Below, one piece after another: positions 16,578 through 26,349 of a stretch of 32,000 nucleotides of DNA. The translations under genes were made by a program, and so were the position numbers. The DNA is from Planctopirus limnophila DSM 3776 (lineage in GTDB: Bacteria > Planctomycetota > Planctomycetia > Planctomycetales > Planctomycetaceae). Position 1 is the stretch's first letter. Each line of letters begins with the position of its first letter. The notes beneath the pieces are model-generated. The model was not told the origin of the DNA. It saw only the letters and a list, made by a program, of their open reading frames with translations, and did no database searches. The stretch is taken from NCBI RefSeq assembly GCF_000092105.1, contig NC_014148.1, positions 2,220,001-2,252,000 on the forward strand, written 5' to 3'.

Positions 16578-19500
16578 CTATTTTTTGAATCTCGCGTCTC
16601 GCGGATTGTTTCGAGAAATCGAGTACGCCAGCAGATCCAGTAGCTCCTCCTCATTGAGAGTGCTCAGTAATCCCTTAGGCATCAGCGATTCCTGTGCTGG
16701 GGCAATTGACTCAATATCTTTCCTCTGCAGTTCGACAAACTTGGTCGCATCTTCGGGGTCCGTCACCAGCAGAATCGACGTCGGCGATTCATGCACAATC
16801 CGCCCGACCAGTGAGCGACCGTCGGCTGTCTCCACTACGCTGGCTTTGTATTGATCCGAAACAACCTTGCTGGGTTCGACAATCGCTTCGACAAGATCCT
16901 TGAGTTGGAATCGGCCAGCGACCTGTGTCATATCGGGCCCGGTGGCTCCACCGTCTTCACCAAAGCGATGACAGACAATACAACGTGCGGCCGCAAAGGC
17001 ACGTTTGCCTTTTTCGAAGTTTCGACCTCGATCGAGTCGGCCACTCGTCACCAGAGCCATCACCTCGTCCTGTGTCCAGGCTTTACCAGGGCCCATCGGC
17101 TTTGGCAGAGGGGGTGGTGTGTAAGGCTTACGGGCACCGAGAACTTCCAGTGCCAGTTTTTCGTTTTCAGAGAGCCCCGTAAGGCTCTCGTTCTCCATGT
17201 TGACTAGAAACTTGCGGAAACTGTTGCCACCGGCCCATTCACGAGCCCGCTGGAACCAGCCGTGATATCCCTTGCGATCATCAATCGTCCAGGCATCCCG
17301 GTCATGAATGGTTCGCAAGGCATAGGCGTAATGAATCTGTAACAGGTCACCACCGCGTTCGAGAGATGCCCGCACGGCACTTCCATAGCCAGCATTACGG
17401 GTGATCAACTCTTTGAGTGCATTTTCATCAGGTGCCAGATTGGTGGGACGCCCACGCGAACTGGATTGTTCTGAGAGGAGACTGACCAGTTTGGTGACAA
17501 TTCCCGGGGCTCTGACAGCGACCAGCATCGAGGAGAGTTGCCGGTCGAGATCGAACTCTCCACTGGGGAATTGGGGATTCCATCGGGCGGCGAAACTCTT
17601 CTTAAACTCGGCTGAGGGCTCGCCCAGTCGAATCATCGCCAATTCGTAGGCTCTGAGCAGCCAGACCTTCTGGGTGACTGAAAGCTTATCAATATCAATC
17701 TGGTCAAGAGCTTTCAGGATCGCTGGCTGATCGGAAGGATCTGTCTGATGGGCCAACGCGATGGCCCCTTCGATCAGAGCAAGTGGAGAATTGGAGGCAA
17801 GAGCCTTTTCTTTCCATTGAGCGACAGGTTGATGCTCAAGTGCTACTCGGGCTGCATAGCGAATGTACCGGTCTTCATGCCCTAGATTTGCCAAAGCTTT
17901 GGGAATTGCTTGATCCGGATTGGCCGCAGATGTGTGGAAACTTTCGAGTTCGCGTCTCACAGAACGGAGCGCGGCCCCCTCTTCGGATTTTGCCATGACG
18001 GGCTGTGTGGATTCATTTCCCCTGTAGCGCACACGATAAAGTTCACCCTGCCCGCCACGTCCACCTACCGTGAAGTACATCGCTCCATCACGACCAATCG
18101 TGACATCTGTCAGTGGGAGAGGTGTGCGAGAGACAAACTCCTCACGCGTGGCACGGTAACTTGAACCTTCCGGAGTGAGATGAATGGCGTACATCGTCCC
18201 GAACGTCCAATCACAAAGGTACAGCGCCTGCTGGTATTTGGCCGGGAAGCGAGTGCCATATCCAAACGTCACACCGACCGGTGAACCGGGACCAATGTCA
18301 TACAGAGCGGGTAAACTGTCTGGAAAAATCGCAGGCCATTTCGCACTGCCACTGCGCCACCCCAGTTCACTGCCGCTGGTGGCATGGTTGACGCGTGTGG
18401 GCCGATACCAGGGAGTGCCAAAATCCCACTCCATGTCGGCATCGTAGACAAACAATTCACCATCAGTGTTGAAAGCCATGTCGTAGGGATTGCGATAACC
18501 CGCACTCCAGACTTCCCAGCTTTTGCCGTCTTTGTCTGTAGAAACGACATATCCACCGGGAGCCAGAATCCCGGCGGCATGCCCATTGGCATCCCACATG
18601 CGAGTGATGATCTGATCTTCATCCCAGTTGGCAGGCAATCGACTGGCACCATCTCCCGCGACTTCGACGCGTCGCTGCTCAGTACGAATCCCCCCCATCG
18701 TTTGCGGCGGGGTAAGATCTTTGACGTTGAACGGAACTTTGGTGTGATTGCCGCAAATCACAAACAGCTTTTGACCGTCGGGCGAAAGCACAATGCTATG
18801 CGGGCCATGCTCACCACCACCTTGCAGATCGCGAAGTTTCTCAACTTTGTCGAGAACATCATCTCCGTTGCTGTCGGTGGCTCGATAGAGCCCGCTGCCT
18901 GGCCCACCATTGCACACCACGTAGAGAGCATCAAAAGCCCAGAGAAGCCCTTGTGCTCCCGAAAGTTCGACTGGAATTTTTTCAACGATGGTTTCACCGG
19001 TGCCATCGAGAGGGGCTGGTGTAATTCGCACCAGGCCTTTGCCACCTTGATCACTGGCAATCAGCCGACCCTTAGGATCCGAAGTAATCGCCACCCATGA
19101 ACCCAGTTCATCCCGGGGGACCACAAACAGGCGTTCGACTTCAAAGCCGCTGGGGACTGAAAAACTCTTCGCTGCGGGACTGACTTCGTTCGCATTTGTC
19201 ATCACCTGGCCCCATGGGCCTTCTCCCGGCTTGGCCACCAGCTTGATGGGGTGCTGTTTCGGAAGATCGTCGCTTGAAAAAGCCTGCCAGCTCTCGTCGC
19301 TCTCGATAGTGGAGACTTTTCCCTGGGCATCTTTCATACTCAGGCGGCAGGCAAACGCCGCGATCCCGCCTTCATTGCTGACTTTCGCCGTCAGAACATT
19401 TTCCCCCTTGGCGAGCTTACCTGTGAGAGGGATGGTGATGGGAGTTTGCCATTCGTTGCTCGAACCAATCGACTTCCCATTCAGGAACAACTCCATCTCG

Positions 19501-19811
19501 TTATCGCACGTGGCGACAAGCTGCGCAGCCACGAGACCTTCGGGAACAACCCACGACTTCTTGAGTACATAAGGTGAGTCGTACGATGGGCCCCAAATCC
19601 AAGGAGCATTCTCAGCCGGAAACTTTGAATCGGTACCGGCAGTCAGCTCCCGGCCATTGACGGGCATGCGTTCGACAGGCTGCGACCATTTTTTCTCAGC
19701 AGGGTCCTCAGCTTGAAGAGAGATGTTCGATCCGCACAGCACCAACAGGCTGCAAGAACAGACCAACCGAAAACGATGCCAAGGATTGGCGAGAACTTGA
19801 TGCCGACTCAT
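16578..19811 (-). CDS. PVC-type heme-binding CxxCH protein: putative membrane-bound dehydrogenase domain, HEAT repeats and a C-terminal cytochrome c
   Basis: 1077-aa ORF with a signal peptide (FRLVCSCSLLVLCGSNISLQAEDP). The N-terminal galactose-binding-like module includes AAQLVATCDNEMELFLNGKSIG. A beta-propeller region resembles soluble glucose/sorbosone dehydrogenases. Next comes a helical HEAT-like region (HEDRYIRYAARVALE). The C-terminal FAAARCIVCHRFG has its CIVCH encoded at 16968-16982. Confidence 0.85.
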   Translation of the reverse strand: MSRHQVLANPWHRFRLVCSCSLLVLCGSNISLQAEDPAEKKWSQPVERMPVNGRELTAGTDSKFPAENAPWIWGPSYDSPYVLKKSWVVPEGLVAAQLVATCDNEMELFLNGKSIGSSNEWQTPITIPLTGKLAKGENVLTAKVSNEGGIAAFACRLSMKDAQGKVSTIESDESWQAFSSDDLPKQHPIKLVAKPGEGPWGQVMTNANEVSPAAKSFSVPSGFEVERLFVVPRDELGSWVAITSDPKGRLIASDQGGKGLVRITPAPLDGTGETIVEKIPVELSGAQGLLWAFDALYVVCNGGPGSGLYRATDSNGDDVLDKVEKLRDLQGGGEHGPHSIVLSPDGQKLFVICGNHTKVPFNVKDLTPPQTMGGIRTEQRRVEVAGDGASRLPANWDEDQIITRMWDANGHAAGILAPGGYVVSTDKDGKSWEVWSAGYRNPYDMAFNTDGELFVYDADMEWDFGTPWYRPTRVNHATSGSELGWRSGSAKWPAIFPDSLPALYDIGPGSPVGVTFGYGTRFPAKYQQALYLCDWTFGTMYAIHLTPEGSSYRATREEFVSRTPLPLTDVTIGRDGAMYFTVGGRGGQGELYRVRYRGNESTQPVMAKSEEGAALRSVRRELESFHTSAANPDQAIPKALANLGHEDRYIRYAARVALEHQPVAQWKEKALASNSPLALIEGAIALAHQTDPSDQPAILKALDQIDIDKLSVTQKVWLLRAYELAMIRLGEPSAEFKKSFAARWNPQFPSGEFDLDRQLSSMLVAVRAPGIVTKLVSLLSEQSSSRGRPTNLAPDENALKELITRNAGYGSAVRASLERGGDLLQIHYAYALRTIHDRDAWTIDDRKGYHGWFQRAREWAGGNSFRKFLVNMENESLTGLSENEKLALEVLGARKPYTPPPLPKPMGPGKAWTQDEVMALVTSGRLDRGRNFEKGKRAFAAARCIVCHRFGEDGGATGPDMTQVAGRFQLKDLVEAIVEPSKVVSDQYKASVVETADGRSLVGRIVHESPTSILLVTDPEDATKFVELQRKDIESIAPAQESLMPKGLLSTLNEEELLDLLAYSISRNNPRDARFKK

Positions 19812-19932
19812 AAATCACACCTGCCCATCAATGAAGCTATCATCCCGCAGATTAAAAACTTGATCCTAGAGTTAACGCATTCGAGAACGAAACTCCATAG
19901 GGCACCTCGTCACAGGGCCACATCCTGGTCAA

Positions 19933-21345
19933 TCAATGATTGACAATCGCTTCCGCCACCCGGCGACCACTTGCCAACGCCCCTTGAATCGAAGCTGTCT
20001 CCAGATAATCACCCGCAATGTAGAGTCCAGGTCTGAGCATCGCTGGCCGAAAATCATGCTTCAGTCGCGATCCCGAGAGTTTTCCAACGGGCTGCGCTGG
20101 CAGCGCATGCTCGATCCGATAGGTTCGCAAATGCTCCAGTTGCGGCAATGGAGATCCCGACCATGGATTAGCCTGCGAATGCGATTTCGATTTCAAGCCG
20201 AACCAGCTTTCAATCTGCTGGCGAACATCAGACTGCAATTTCTCTGGATCGCTTTGGGCGGCTGCCCCCACCACTGATGCTGATATCAGAGTTTTGCCTG
20301 CTGGTGCGTAATCGGGAGAGACACCGGCTGGGAAGCAAAGATTGTTGATAGGCCCATGCCCGTCTCCATTGAGCATTAACCAGCGATGAGCAACATGCGG
20401 TATCTCACAACTGAAGTAGAGGCAGGCCGTCGAACATGTTTTCGTTACCGGGATGAATCCTTCACTCAGCCTTGTGGCAGAAAGGCCATCTGTGGCGAGA
20501 ACAATTGTGGGAAAGGATTCTTTCCTTCCGTTGGCGAAAACCAGCGTCTGGCCGTCAATCTTCTCGACCGGCGAAAGATAATGGATTGTCCCTTGGGGAA
20601 GCCGGCTGGCCAGTTGCTCGGGAATCTGCTGCATTCCCAGAGCAGGGAGTGCGGCCTCACCTTCCGCTAACATTTTGAAAACAAAGTTGAAGAATCGACT
20701 GGTTGTCTGCAGGTCGGCCTCCAGAAAAATGCCGGAGTACCACGGACGAAAAAAAGCTTCGATCAGCGATCTGGAGAAGCCAATGTTCTTCTGCAGGTAG
20801 TCGATGGTTGGTAACTCGGGCTCATCCCAGATCTGCTCGATACTCGTCGAGAGTAACCGCTGGCGAAGGCGGTACAGCTTCCAGAAGTCAGCAAAGTTTG
20901 CGAAACCAGAATTCAAACTGGCCCACGCTGTCGATGGCTTTCGCCAGGGGTCGGCCATCAATTTCCAGTCACCTTGATAATGGACCAAAGCACCGGGATT
21001 AAACGAACAAAGTTTGAGTGCAGGATAATCAAGGACGGCCTGAGCTTCTGGATACGCCGTCTGCAAGACTTGAAAACCACGATCCAGGCGAAATCCCTCA
21101 TGGAAATCTGTGCGGATGCGTCCTCCCGGTGCATCGCTGGCCTCGAAGACTGCACACGGAATTCCCATGGAAGATAACTGGAGAGCGCAGGCCAATCCGG
21201 CCAGGCCCGCCCCGACAATTCCAACCGAATCCGTCGTCACTCCGCAAACTTTCTCATCAGAGGCTCTCAAGTTAATCCTGGGATCACATTCCAAATCTGC
21301 TCTCTCACGTTCGGCCTGTTGCGAATTGAGAGAATCAGACTTCAT
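19933..21345 (-). CDS. FAD-dependent oxidoreductase, amine-oxidase/phytoene-desaturase-like
   Basis: 470-aa ORF. The dinucleotide-binding motif is VGIVGAGLAGLACALQL...VFEASDAPGGRIRT. The C-terminal FAD motif is LYIAGDYLETASIQGALASGRRVA. There is no signal peptide. ATG 21345 overlaps the upstream stop (ATGA). An alternative GTG at 21250 would sit 7 codons before the GxGxxG. Confidence 0.85.
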   Translation of the reverse strand: MKSDSLNSQQAERERADLECDPRINLRASDEKVCGVTTDSVGIVGAGLAGLACALQLSSMGIPCAVFEASDAPGGRIRTDFHEGFRLDRGFQVLQTAYPEAQAVLDYPALKLCSFNPGALVHYQGDWKLMADPWRKPSTAWASLNSGFANFADFWKLYRLRQRLLSTSIEQIWDEPELPTIDYLQKNIGFSRSLIEAFFRPWYSGIFLEADLQTTSRFFNFVFKMLAEGEAALPALGMQQIPEQLASRLPQGTIHYLSPVEKIDGQTLVFANGRKESFPTIVLATDGLSATRLSEGFIPVTKTCSTACLYFSCEIPHVAHRWLMLNGDGHGPINNLCFPAGVSPDYAPAGKTLISASVVGAAAQSDPEKLQSDVRQQIESWFGLKSKSHSQANPWSGSPLPQLEHLRTYRIEHALPAQPVGKLSGSRLKHDFRPAMLRPGLYIAGDYLETASIQGALASGRRVAEAIVNH

Positions 21346-24089
21346 TTGGAAAGAATCTGACCAGTGGAAGTGTAGAGATCCATGCGACCTCGGCTACCCA
21401 CCCACAGCAAAGCCTCATTTTTGACCTGCCGCCGCTCGCTCCCTTGCTGATCAATAATCTGCACGGAATGGTTCGATTGGTAGACACTCAGGCCATAGAT
21501 CAAGGAAAGTTGCGAGTCCCGATTCTCAAAGACAGGTCGTTCTTCAGGAATCTTTCCTATGGGATAAATGAACGCCCCCAGAATTTCAGTTTTTGCCCCC
21601 GCTTCCGCCAGCAACTTCTGGCTTTCGTACTCGGTCTTGAAGCCGAGTGACCAGATCGTAGCACCACGGCTGTGGATACAAGGCCCTGCAGCGTGACTTT
21701 CCGGGTTCCACTGACGTACCCAGACCGATTGTGGATGATCGAAATGCCAATCTGCCCCGCCCACATCTTCGGCAAACAGTTTTCCACCACTCCCCGCAAC
21801 CGTGGTGCTGTAACGCCTGGGTGAACTGCTTCGTAAAACGAGAGTCGCTGGCGAGGCATGCTGCACGTGCTGACATTCCAGCCGATCAAAAACCAGGGTG
21901 TGCCCTGCCTGCGGTGCATCGAAGATCAGGAGGGGCGGAGGAGCAGCCTTAGCGTCGGTCTGCTCGAAATCTCCCGATCGACTCCAAACACTGGGATGCC
22001 AACCGATTTCGTGACCAAAACCCACGATTCGCTCCAGCGGTGCATGGAGCTTCACGGGAGTCTTCCATTGAAATCGCTCATTGGCAGGGAGATAAACCAC
22101 TCGGGCACCATCATCCACAGCCGCCTGTAAGGCCAAAGACCAGTTTTCATCAACCACTCGATGGGCATACTTCAACAAGTTAACCCACTCCTCGACGGGT
22201 GGCACCTTCGGTTCAGGTGTCTCCTCAATCTTGAGCCGAAGGCTTCCTGTGGGATGACCGAAGCCTTGAACCACTTTCTGACCCGTCAACTCTTCGATCC
22301 ACGGCCCTTCGATGGTTTGTTCCGAGTATTCAAGAGGTGGTTTACTGAGACCTTGCTGGTGAACTGCATGGCGATAACCGGACGTTTTGACGCGACACGC
22401 ATAGAGCGCACCGGCTGATTCAATCGCATTGGCCGAATTGCTCCCGCCCAACAGTTCAGAGTCGAGCAGTGTGACCATCGAGTTGGCGCCGACTGTTTCC
22501 ATCGCGGGAACCTGGTTTTCACTTTTGAGACTGCGAATCGCGAGGATATTGCCGCGATTGCGAATGCCCACCACTCGCTGATTTCTCAGCGTGAGATGCT
22601 CAAAAGTATGGCTGTACTCCTGGTAATTGATCGCCACACCGACATCGAAACCAGAAATTGAAACATGTTTTGCCAGCGCCGGCCCCACATCATGATGTGT
22701 CAGGTCAAGTCCGACCAAACCGCTACCATCGCCCGAGCGAATGAAGACGTTTTCGAGCCTGCCAAGATTGTTGGAATGGTACTCCAATCCCTTGGCACCG
22801 GGATTTCCCTTGCCGGTATCAATCGTCATTCCTTCGAGATAGAGCGCGATACTGCTGCCATTCACCCAGGGATGAGAACCTGGCGTCTCCTTGGTAGAAC
22901 TCATTCTCAGGACGGGTTTGGGTGCTTCCTTATCAGTAAAAATCTGATCTTTAAGTCGAAGAAACGTTTTATCGGGCCCCGCACCCTTGATGTCGATAAA
23001 CCGGGAGCAATAGAGCATATCACTCACGAGATACACACCTTCAGGAAACACCAAGGTGTTTCGAGCGAGGGGAACTTTGTCGGCCAGATGTGCAAACGCC
23101 GCATTGATGGCAGCGGTGTCATCCGTGCGGCCATCACCCGCCGCACCAAAGTGGCGTTTGACGTCATAGCAGCCCGCATCTATTGGAACGACCTTCTGAG
23201 TCGAGACAAAATCCACCTCCTCGATCGCATCTTTTCTGGCTCTCAAGAACTGGGCGGGATCGAGAGGTTGCGTGACGAGTCGTACCTCATCGATTTTGCC
23301 ATGAACGCCCCAGCGATCCTTACTCCCCCCGATATAAAAGTTCCCAAGACTTTGAGTGGTTAAATCTTTGATCTCAGTGGATTTCGAAAGGTGATAATCG
23401 ATCCAGCAGGTCAACATCGATGCCTGGCGGTCATAGACCAAAGCCAAATGTCGCCAGGGATTTTTCTCCCTTTGGAGCCGTGACGTCGACAGGTAATGAC
23501 CCACAGGAAACCTTTCCTGACGCCCATCAGTCATGCGATAGCCAAAGCCATGGAATGTGACATGATGATTCGGGTTCCAGTTCCATTCGAGTGCCAGTTG
23601 AGTACTGGATTTTTCAGTACCAGGAAACCCACAGATCAAGGCATTATTCCCGGCTTCGTCTGCCGGGTGGATAAAACACTCAAGTGTGAACCCACGGGAT
23701 GGGTTCTCCCACATGGAGCGGGGCAGTTCATAGACCAGTGGCCGACTGCTTTCGTGCGATTCTGAGAAACTCACACTGTGGCGGTTGTGCCGCGATTTCC
23801 TGGTGAGTGGGTCATAAATGAATTCACCCGGAGTATCTTCACTCAAGGGAAAAGTGCCGGTGACTGACGAAGCGAGGGGCTCAACCGGGGTTGTTGCAGT
23901 ATTCGATATGGCATTCAGCTTTTCTTCGAAGCTCCACAGCAGAGATTCCATCTGACTTGCGACACTGGGCACGGGCTGATCATCAGCCAGGCTGGCTTTA
24001 CACGTCAGAATGATTGCGAACTGGCTGATACATGCTGCGATCAGCACCTTGGCCTGGAAATGGTGTCGGTATAGATGTCTTTGAATCAT
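21342..24089 (-). CDS. secreted LamG-like (concanavalin-type) domain plus right-handed beta-helix (pectate-lyase-superfamily/GH28-related) protein
   Basis: 915-aa ORF with a signal peptide (FQAKVLIAACISQFAIILTCKASLADD). LamG-type hallmarks are FTLECFIHP, WRHLALVYD, LTCWIDY and GKIDEVRL. The beta-helix N-cap motif is YDVKRHFGAAGDGRTDDTAAINAAF, typical of the Pectate_lyase_3 type. Confidence 0.8.
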   Translation of the reverse strand: MIQRHLYRHHFQAKVLIAACISQFAIILTCKASLADDQPVPSVASQMESLLWSFEEKLNAISNTATTPVEPLASSVTGTFPLSEDTPGEFIYDPLTRKSRHNRHSVSFSESHESSRPLVYELPRSMWENPSRGFTLECFIHPADEAGNNALICGFPGTEKSSTQLALEWNWNPNHHVTFHGFGYRMTDGRQERFPVGHYLSTSRLQREKNPWRHLALVYDRQASMLTCWIDYHLSKSTEIKDLTTQSLGNFYIGGSKDRWGVHGKIDEVRLVTQPLDPAQFLRARKDAIEEVDFVSTQKVVPIDAGCYDVKRHFGAAGDGRTDDTAAINAAFAHLADKVPLARNTLVFPEGVYLVSDMLYCSRFIDIKGAGPDKTFLRLKDQIFTDKEAPKPVLRMSSTKETPGSHPWVNGSSIALYLEGMTIDTGKGNPGAKGLEYHSNNLGRLENVFIRSGDGSGLVGLDLTHHDVGPALAKHVSISGFDVGVAINYQEYSHTFEHLTLRNQRVVGIRNRGNILAIRSLKSENQVPAMETVGANSMVTLLDSELLGGSNSANAIESAGALYACRVKTSGYRHAVHQQGLSKPPLEYSEQTIEGPWIEELTGQKVVQGFGHPTGSLRLKIEETPEPKVPPVEEWVNLLKYAHRVVDENWSLALQAAVDDGARVVYLPANERFQWKTPVKLHAPLERIVGFGHEIGWHPSVWSRSGDFEQTDAKAAPPPLLIFDAPQAGHTLVFDRLECQHVQHASPATLVLRSSSPRRYSTTVAGSGGKLFAEDVGGADWHFDHPQSVWVRQWNPESHAAGPCIHSRGATIWSLGFKTEYESQKLLAEAGAKTEILGAFIYPIGKIPEERPVFENRDSQLSLIYGLSVYQSNHSVQIIDQQGSERRQVKNEALLWVGSRGRMDLYTSTGQILSK

Positions 24090-24109
24090 GGTCGGAGTGC
24101 CTCATTCAA

Positions 24110-24129
24110 ATCTCTAAAGATCTCTAAGG
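24110..24129. repeat. tandem direct 10-mer (ATCTCTAAAG ATCTCTAAGG) 21-40 nt upstream of the beta-helix gene start
   Basis: Read directly. On the coding (minus) strand it is CCTTAGAGAT CTTTAGAGAT, followed by TTGAATGAGGCACTCCGACC and the ATG. The one-helical-turn spacing resembles a direct-repeat regulator site. The function is unproven. Confidence 0.4.
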
Positions 24130-24216
24130 ATTCCCGCTCGCGATGCATCCAGCCAAGTCATTTGGTCGATCCTCTCGAATCGCCATCAAAACCCGACCAC
24201 TAGATGATGCCAACTC

Positions 24217-26349
24217 TCAAGACACATCCATCCAGCGAATGCCGCGTGACTTGATCTGTTCGACAGCATCCGGCAAATCAAACTTTGAGAGGACATCGGG
24301 AATCATGGAAGATAGCGGCCACTGATAATCCTCTGTGTTCGCCATTGCCAGATAACTGTCGGGCAATCCCACAAACTGCACACTGGCAATCTCTGCGGAC
24401 AGGCAGGCAGCGAGGAGTGCCGGGATTGTTCCACGATCCAAGGCGACCAATTCAATCGATGAATGCCCTAAAGACTTGAGCCAGGCAATTGTCGAAAGCA
24501 GATCGAAGACTCGCTGGCATGGAATCGAGCGCCCCAACATGAGTGAATGAATCGCATAAAAGTAGTCGTTGCCGTAAGGCTGAAGATAAGTTTGTGTGCC
24601 ACCACAGGTGTCGGGGCGGGAATCACCAACGCCACGCAGGTCGCAGGCGAAGAAGGGTTGATCGGGATTTGATTCTATCCGCCGGCGCAACCACGCTTCT
24701 TCACGAAGTTCGCTGTCGGTAGAGAGATCCGACACATAAAGTGAGCAACCTTCCTTCAGAACGGGTGGCCTTGATTCCAATCGCTGCTGGGCGAGGCGAT
24801 AGACAATCGTTTCAATTCCAGGCTCTGTCTGAAGTGCATAATGAGTCACACCGGGGCGTGGATACTTGCGCCCTGAGACACTTCGAAGAATGCGGTAGTC
24901 GGGTACGGAGAATTTTTCAGGAAGCTGAAGGCATGCTCGAAGATGCTTTTTCCAATCCTCGCCGACCTTTCGAGGGCGAGCCTGTGCGATCAATCGAGCT
25001 TTCTGAGCCGTCATACTGAAGACCGTCGCTCCTTTGAGTTCCGCCACCTGGCCTTGAGTGGTCACGAACAGATCGGCATCTTTTTCCAGTAGGATCTGAG
25101 GTTCGGTACTGGCTTTGGATTGACCGGTGGCCTGATGGAAATGGGCATACATCGCTTCCCGGCTCACGCGAGAATAGTCATGCCCACCCGGTGCAATCGA
25201 GAGTTTCAAGTTGTCTTCATGACCCAGCAAACGCCAGATTTTGCGAAGCTCTTCATAAGCCTGAATGGTCCCACGCACATCAAAGAAGTCTTCCTCCTGG
25301 GCAAGAATGACGACCGGCTTCGGAGCCATGACCGCCACAAAGTCGGCATGATCCAGACCGAACTGCAAAGCTTCAGGCGGACACTGTTCCGTATCCGTGG
25401 GGAGTTCATTCTGAAAGTTTCGATAGAAAGAAGTCACCGCACAACTGGGGGCCGCCATTCCCCACCGGGAATCGAGACCACACAGCCACATGGTCAAGGT
25501 GCCACCGCCGGAACTTCCTGTAATCCCGATCTGATGAGGAATCACATCCTCGCGCGACTGGAGATAATCCAACGCACGAATTGCATCCCAGGCACGGGTC
25601 GTCCCCAGAAACTCATTGATCAGGAACTGCTGATTCCCTTCATGAAGGTGTTCCAGCACGCCGATCCCGATCCGGGACTTCGCTGCATCATCCGCAGGAT
25701 ACTGGATTCTTTCTCCCTGACTCACCGGGTCAAAGATCAACACAATGTAACCTTGCCTGGCCAAACCTTGCGCAAACGACTGGTATGAAGGATAGGCCTT
25801 GCCATTTACGGCATGGCCACATTCCCCCACGACAGCCGGGAAGGGGCCTTTTGTGGCCGTTGGCACGTAAAGATTCGCCGTCACAAAAAAACCGGGCTGA
25901 CTTTCATACAACAGTTTGTCAACGCGATACGTATCTCTATTGAGAGTTCCAGTGATCCGCGCATTGAGCGGAGTGCGTTCTGGAAAACTGCCAAAGGCTG
26001 TTCTGATCTTCTGACTGACATCCTGAATGTAAGAAAGAGCCGCTTCGCGGGTATTGATCTGAGAGAGTTTCGATTGGCGTTCCTGCATTTTTTCGCGGAT
26101 CTGACCATCGATGTAATTGTGCATCATCCGGCCAAATCGCTGGATGGGAGGAAGTTTTTCCTGTTCTTTGAGATTCTGGATCACACTTTCTGAATTCGAT
26201 GGGATGGTTGCTGGCTCATGAGGCGTGTTGTTTGCCATCGCAGTTCCTGAGCTGCTTTGAACACCACCTGCCAGACCCCCGATGACCGACACACCAGTTC
26301 CTGCAACACCCAGGGCAGTGACTCCCAGCATCGATCTCCGAGAAAGCAT
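24217..26349 (-). CDS. Tat-exported alpha/beta-hydrolase (acetyl-xylan-esterase/dienelactone-hydrolase-like) with a second, divergent alpha/beta-like C-terminal domain
   Basis: The track ORF opens at 26391. ATG 26349 is preceded by AGGAAAC and yields MLSRRSMLGVTALGVAG, a twin-arginine motif. The nucleophile elbow is GITGSSGGG (Ser codon at 25510-25512). The acid and His candidates are QEEDFFD and PGGHDY. The C-terminal 220 aa repeats the fold pattern (ACDLRGVGDS ... IELVALDRGTIPA). Confidence 0.8.
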   Translation of the reverse strand: MLSRRSMLGVTALGVAGTGVSVIGGLAGGVQSSSGTAMANNTPHEPATIPSNSESVIQNLKEQEKLPPIQRFGRMMHNYIDGQIREKMQERQSKLSQINTREAALSYIQDVSQKIRTAFGSFPERTPLNARITGTLNRDTYRVDKLLYESQPGFFVTANLYVPTATKGPFPAVVGECGHAVNGKAYPSYQSFAQGLARQGYIVLIFDPVSQGERIQYPADDAAKSRIGIGVLEHLHEGNQQFLINEFLGTTRAWDAIRALDYLQSREDVIPHQIGITGSSGGGTLTMWLCGLDSRWGMAAPSCAVTSFYRNFQNELPTDTEQCPPEALQFGLDHADFVAVMAPKPVVILAQEEDFFDVRGTIQAYEELRKIWRLLGHEDNLKLSIAPGGHDYSRVSREAMYAHFHQATGQSKASTEPQILLEKDADLFVTTQGQVAELKGATVFSMTAQKARLIAQARPRKVGEDWKKHLRACLQLPEKFSVPDYRILRSVSGRKYPRPGVTHYALQTEPGIETIVYRLAQQRLESRPPVLKEGCSLYVSDLSTDSELREEAWLRRRIESNPDQPFFACDLRGVGDSRPDTCGGTQTYLQPYGNDYFYAIHSLMLGRSIPCQRVFDLLSTIAWLKSLGHSSIELVALDRGTIPALLAACLSAEIASVQFVGLPDSYLAMANTEDYQWPLSSMIPDVLSKFDLPDAVEQIKSRGIRWMDVS

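Noticed and set aside
16872-16880. tRNA T-arm-like GGTTCGA strings (also near 22209 and 25092)
   Set aside because: All are inside confident CDSs and lack acceptor or anticodon stem context. No tRNA-like cloverleaf was found in any intergenic spacer.
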